Of a stretch of 64,000 bases of DNA, positions 61,930-64,000 are shown in pieces. The stretch comes from Raillietiella orientalis. Lineage: Eukaryota. How positions within the stretch are numbered: position 1 is the stretch's first letter; each line of letters starts with the position of its first letter. The position numbers were made by a program, and so were the translations under genes. The notes under the pieces are model-generated. The model worked only from the letters and a program-made list of their open reading frames with translations. It made no database searches and had not been told where the DNA came from. The stretch covers positions 5,580,001 to 5,644,000 of the forward strand of contig JAYWIR010000001.1 of NCBI GenBank assembly GCA_036172245.1, written 5' to 3'.

Positions 61930-64000
61930 TCCCTCGGGAGGGAAGCGCACGCCTCTTCACACGGGCGCGCGGTGCCAGCTGCGCTCCTGCGGCCTAGCCA
62001 TCCGCGCTTGGTTGCACGGGGGAGCCTGCTGCCCTCCTGCTCCCGCCTCCGGTCGAGTGACTCACGTGGCCACGAATCACCTCGGTGATCCACGAGCCAC
62101 GCCCAGCAATTCCCCATCCACAACCCATCAGAGCTCCCTACGCAGCGTCACGGGTAAACATCGGTACTCTGTGTCCACATCTCTTCTGATCGCGTGCGTC
62201 TACGTTTCTCTTGGATGCTCCGACGAGCGTTGCGCGTTCTCCCCGCGTCGCGACCGGCGAGCGTTTCCATGGAGAACTCCGGCTCCCGGTGAGCGAAGGA
62301 GGAGTGGAAATTTCCTGCTCATGTGGGGAGCTGGCTGCAGCCACCCCCCACCCGAGCAGCTGGCTCGGCAGCCGAGTCGTGCAGAATTCCATCCTAACAT
62401 TCCAACCCACAGGCCATGGGATGCTGGATCAAAAGGGAAAAAAAGGTAAGGTCCATCCCTGCCATCATCTCCGCATCATCCTTTTGACTAACATGGGAGT
62501 GCTCCGGTGCCCTGCAACACAGGACGTCTTTGAGCTCGTGCAGGAGCGGCAAAGTGCGCAGACCCCGCGGGCGTGCTCTCTCCCGAAGGTTCACGTTCCC
62601 TCGAACGAGGACCCGAGGGATATCGACCCCGCGTCGACCAGAGGAAATTTCTGGACCGTCCCTCCCACTTTCGAATCAACTCCGGGATGAGGGAGCAACC
62701 AACCGACCCGCCCTCTCTGCGTGACTTGCCTCCACCTACACGCGGCAGGAAGATCGCATCGCGCCTGGAGCGTTCGGTTTCCTCATGAGCTTCACACGGG
62801 AGTCGGCAGTGTCTCCCCCCCCTCCCTTTATATGCTTCCCGCCTTTCAACGGCTCGTCCTGGACGTGTGGCTGCGGCGTTACCGAAAAAATTCTGTGCCA
62901 TCTTGCCGGTCGCAGAGCCCCATTTTGGGATCGTGGCCCGCTACCTGATGAATCGCTTGTTCCCGAACAAAGGGCAATTAGCAGGGAGGTGGTGCCGCGT
63001 GTGCCAGCCTCTCTCCCGCCAGCCCGCGTCCCGCGGAGCGGGCGAACAAAAGAATCCCGCGAGGCGACCGCCCCAGGCTCGTAAGTAACGATCGGAAGGG
63101 AGACGTCGCGCCGGACCTCCGGCGCGGGCAACCTCACCGTCCGCAGAGTCGCACTGCGAAAGCTCAGGTCCGTCTTTTGGCGCTCTTTGAGGGTCCAAAC
63201 TGCTCTGCACCCTGTTTGGTGCGTTCGGTGCGTTCGTCCAGCATGTCTCGTCCGCCGAAGGCGCACCGGCAGCTGCCGCGCTATCTACGTAGAAGGACTG
63301 GGTTTGGTTACACCCTGAGGCATCTGACCCCGCTTCTGGTGGTTCACCAGTGAATCTTTTGCCGCTCATAAAACCGAGACTCCCAATAGACGCCGGGGTC
63401 CCGAGTGGCCTCTGTGAGAGTGAGACCAGAGGAACCTCGTCCGCCGCGGAAGCTCCTATGCGAGCTGTCGGGAGATCGGAGGACCCGCCCGCTGCCCTCC
63501 CCAGAGGAAGAATTCTCCGCCCAGAAGTGGGTGCAAGGCAGTCCGGTGGCCACCGCACTTGGCACACGGACTCCCTCTCATTCGGTGGTGCCGGAGCTGC
63601 ATGTCGAAATCACCTGCCCACCCCAGAAACCGCAGTTCTGGAAGAGCATCGCCGCGTGTTACTAAGCTAAGAACAGTCCAGGAGGACGGCGAGGGATACC
63701 GACACATCCAGGGGGATGTTGTAATCGCCTGTTTACCAGTGCCGTCCTGAGCGTAGGTCACACCGTCCTGGAGGATACATGGAGGAGACTGCGGAAGCTC
63801 CCATGAGAGCCGCCGGGAGATCTCCAGCAGGACCGGACGCAGTGGTTCCGGATAGCCATCTCTCCCCTTGCCGCAGAACCGCCTGCCCTCAGGAAAAGCG
63901 ACGACAGCGGGCCAGCCGGCGGGATGCTCCTGCAAAGCTGCAGGATTCGGGAGACTTCGGACGCTACAAGACGAGAGTGTTGGTGGACGGCGCTAATCGC
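61930..64000 (+). mobile_element. Decayed LINE 5' region: Tx1-like ORF1, low-complexity linker, then OTU-like protease module; runs off the right edge
   Basis: 'NSILTFQPTGHG...KGKVHPCHH...GVLRCP' (ORF1); across one frameshift, 63697-63800 reads YRHIQGD[G]N(R)LFTSAVLSVGHTVLEDTWRRLRKL. Confidence 0.55.

Overview
This is eukaryotic DNA, most likely arthropod, and not a prokaryotic locus. The only clear host coding sequence is two spliced minus-strand exons (3514-3749, 3248-3383) that encode the first Ig domain of a Beat (beaten path)-family cell-surface protein; a possible signal-peptide exon lies about 31 kb upstream (34881-34959). The rest is probably giant intron or upstream DNA packed with decayed transposons. 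(i) There are dozens of nested, frameshifted fragments of L1/Tx1-type non-LTR retrotransposons (ORF1 with RRM-like and zinc-knuckle motifs, APE endonuclease, RT, zf-RVT); seven copies end in the same AATAAA plus GC stem-loop terminus with no poly(A). (ii) One LINE subfamily appears to carry an OTU-like cysteine-protease module after ORF1 (63290-64000 and 39670-40420). (iii) A long (at least about 3 kb) GC-rich dispersed family, called 'family B' here, starts with a tRNA-like head followed by a degenerate ~39-bp tandem array. (iv) An 854-bp mariner-derived palindromic element has near-identical ~290-bp arms. Nearly all ORFs in the supplied track are chance ORFs in GC-rich repeat DNA. Repeat boundaries and identities were estimated by eye and are approximate unless exact motifs are quoted; no database searches were run.
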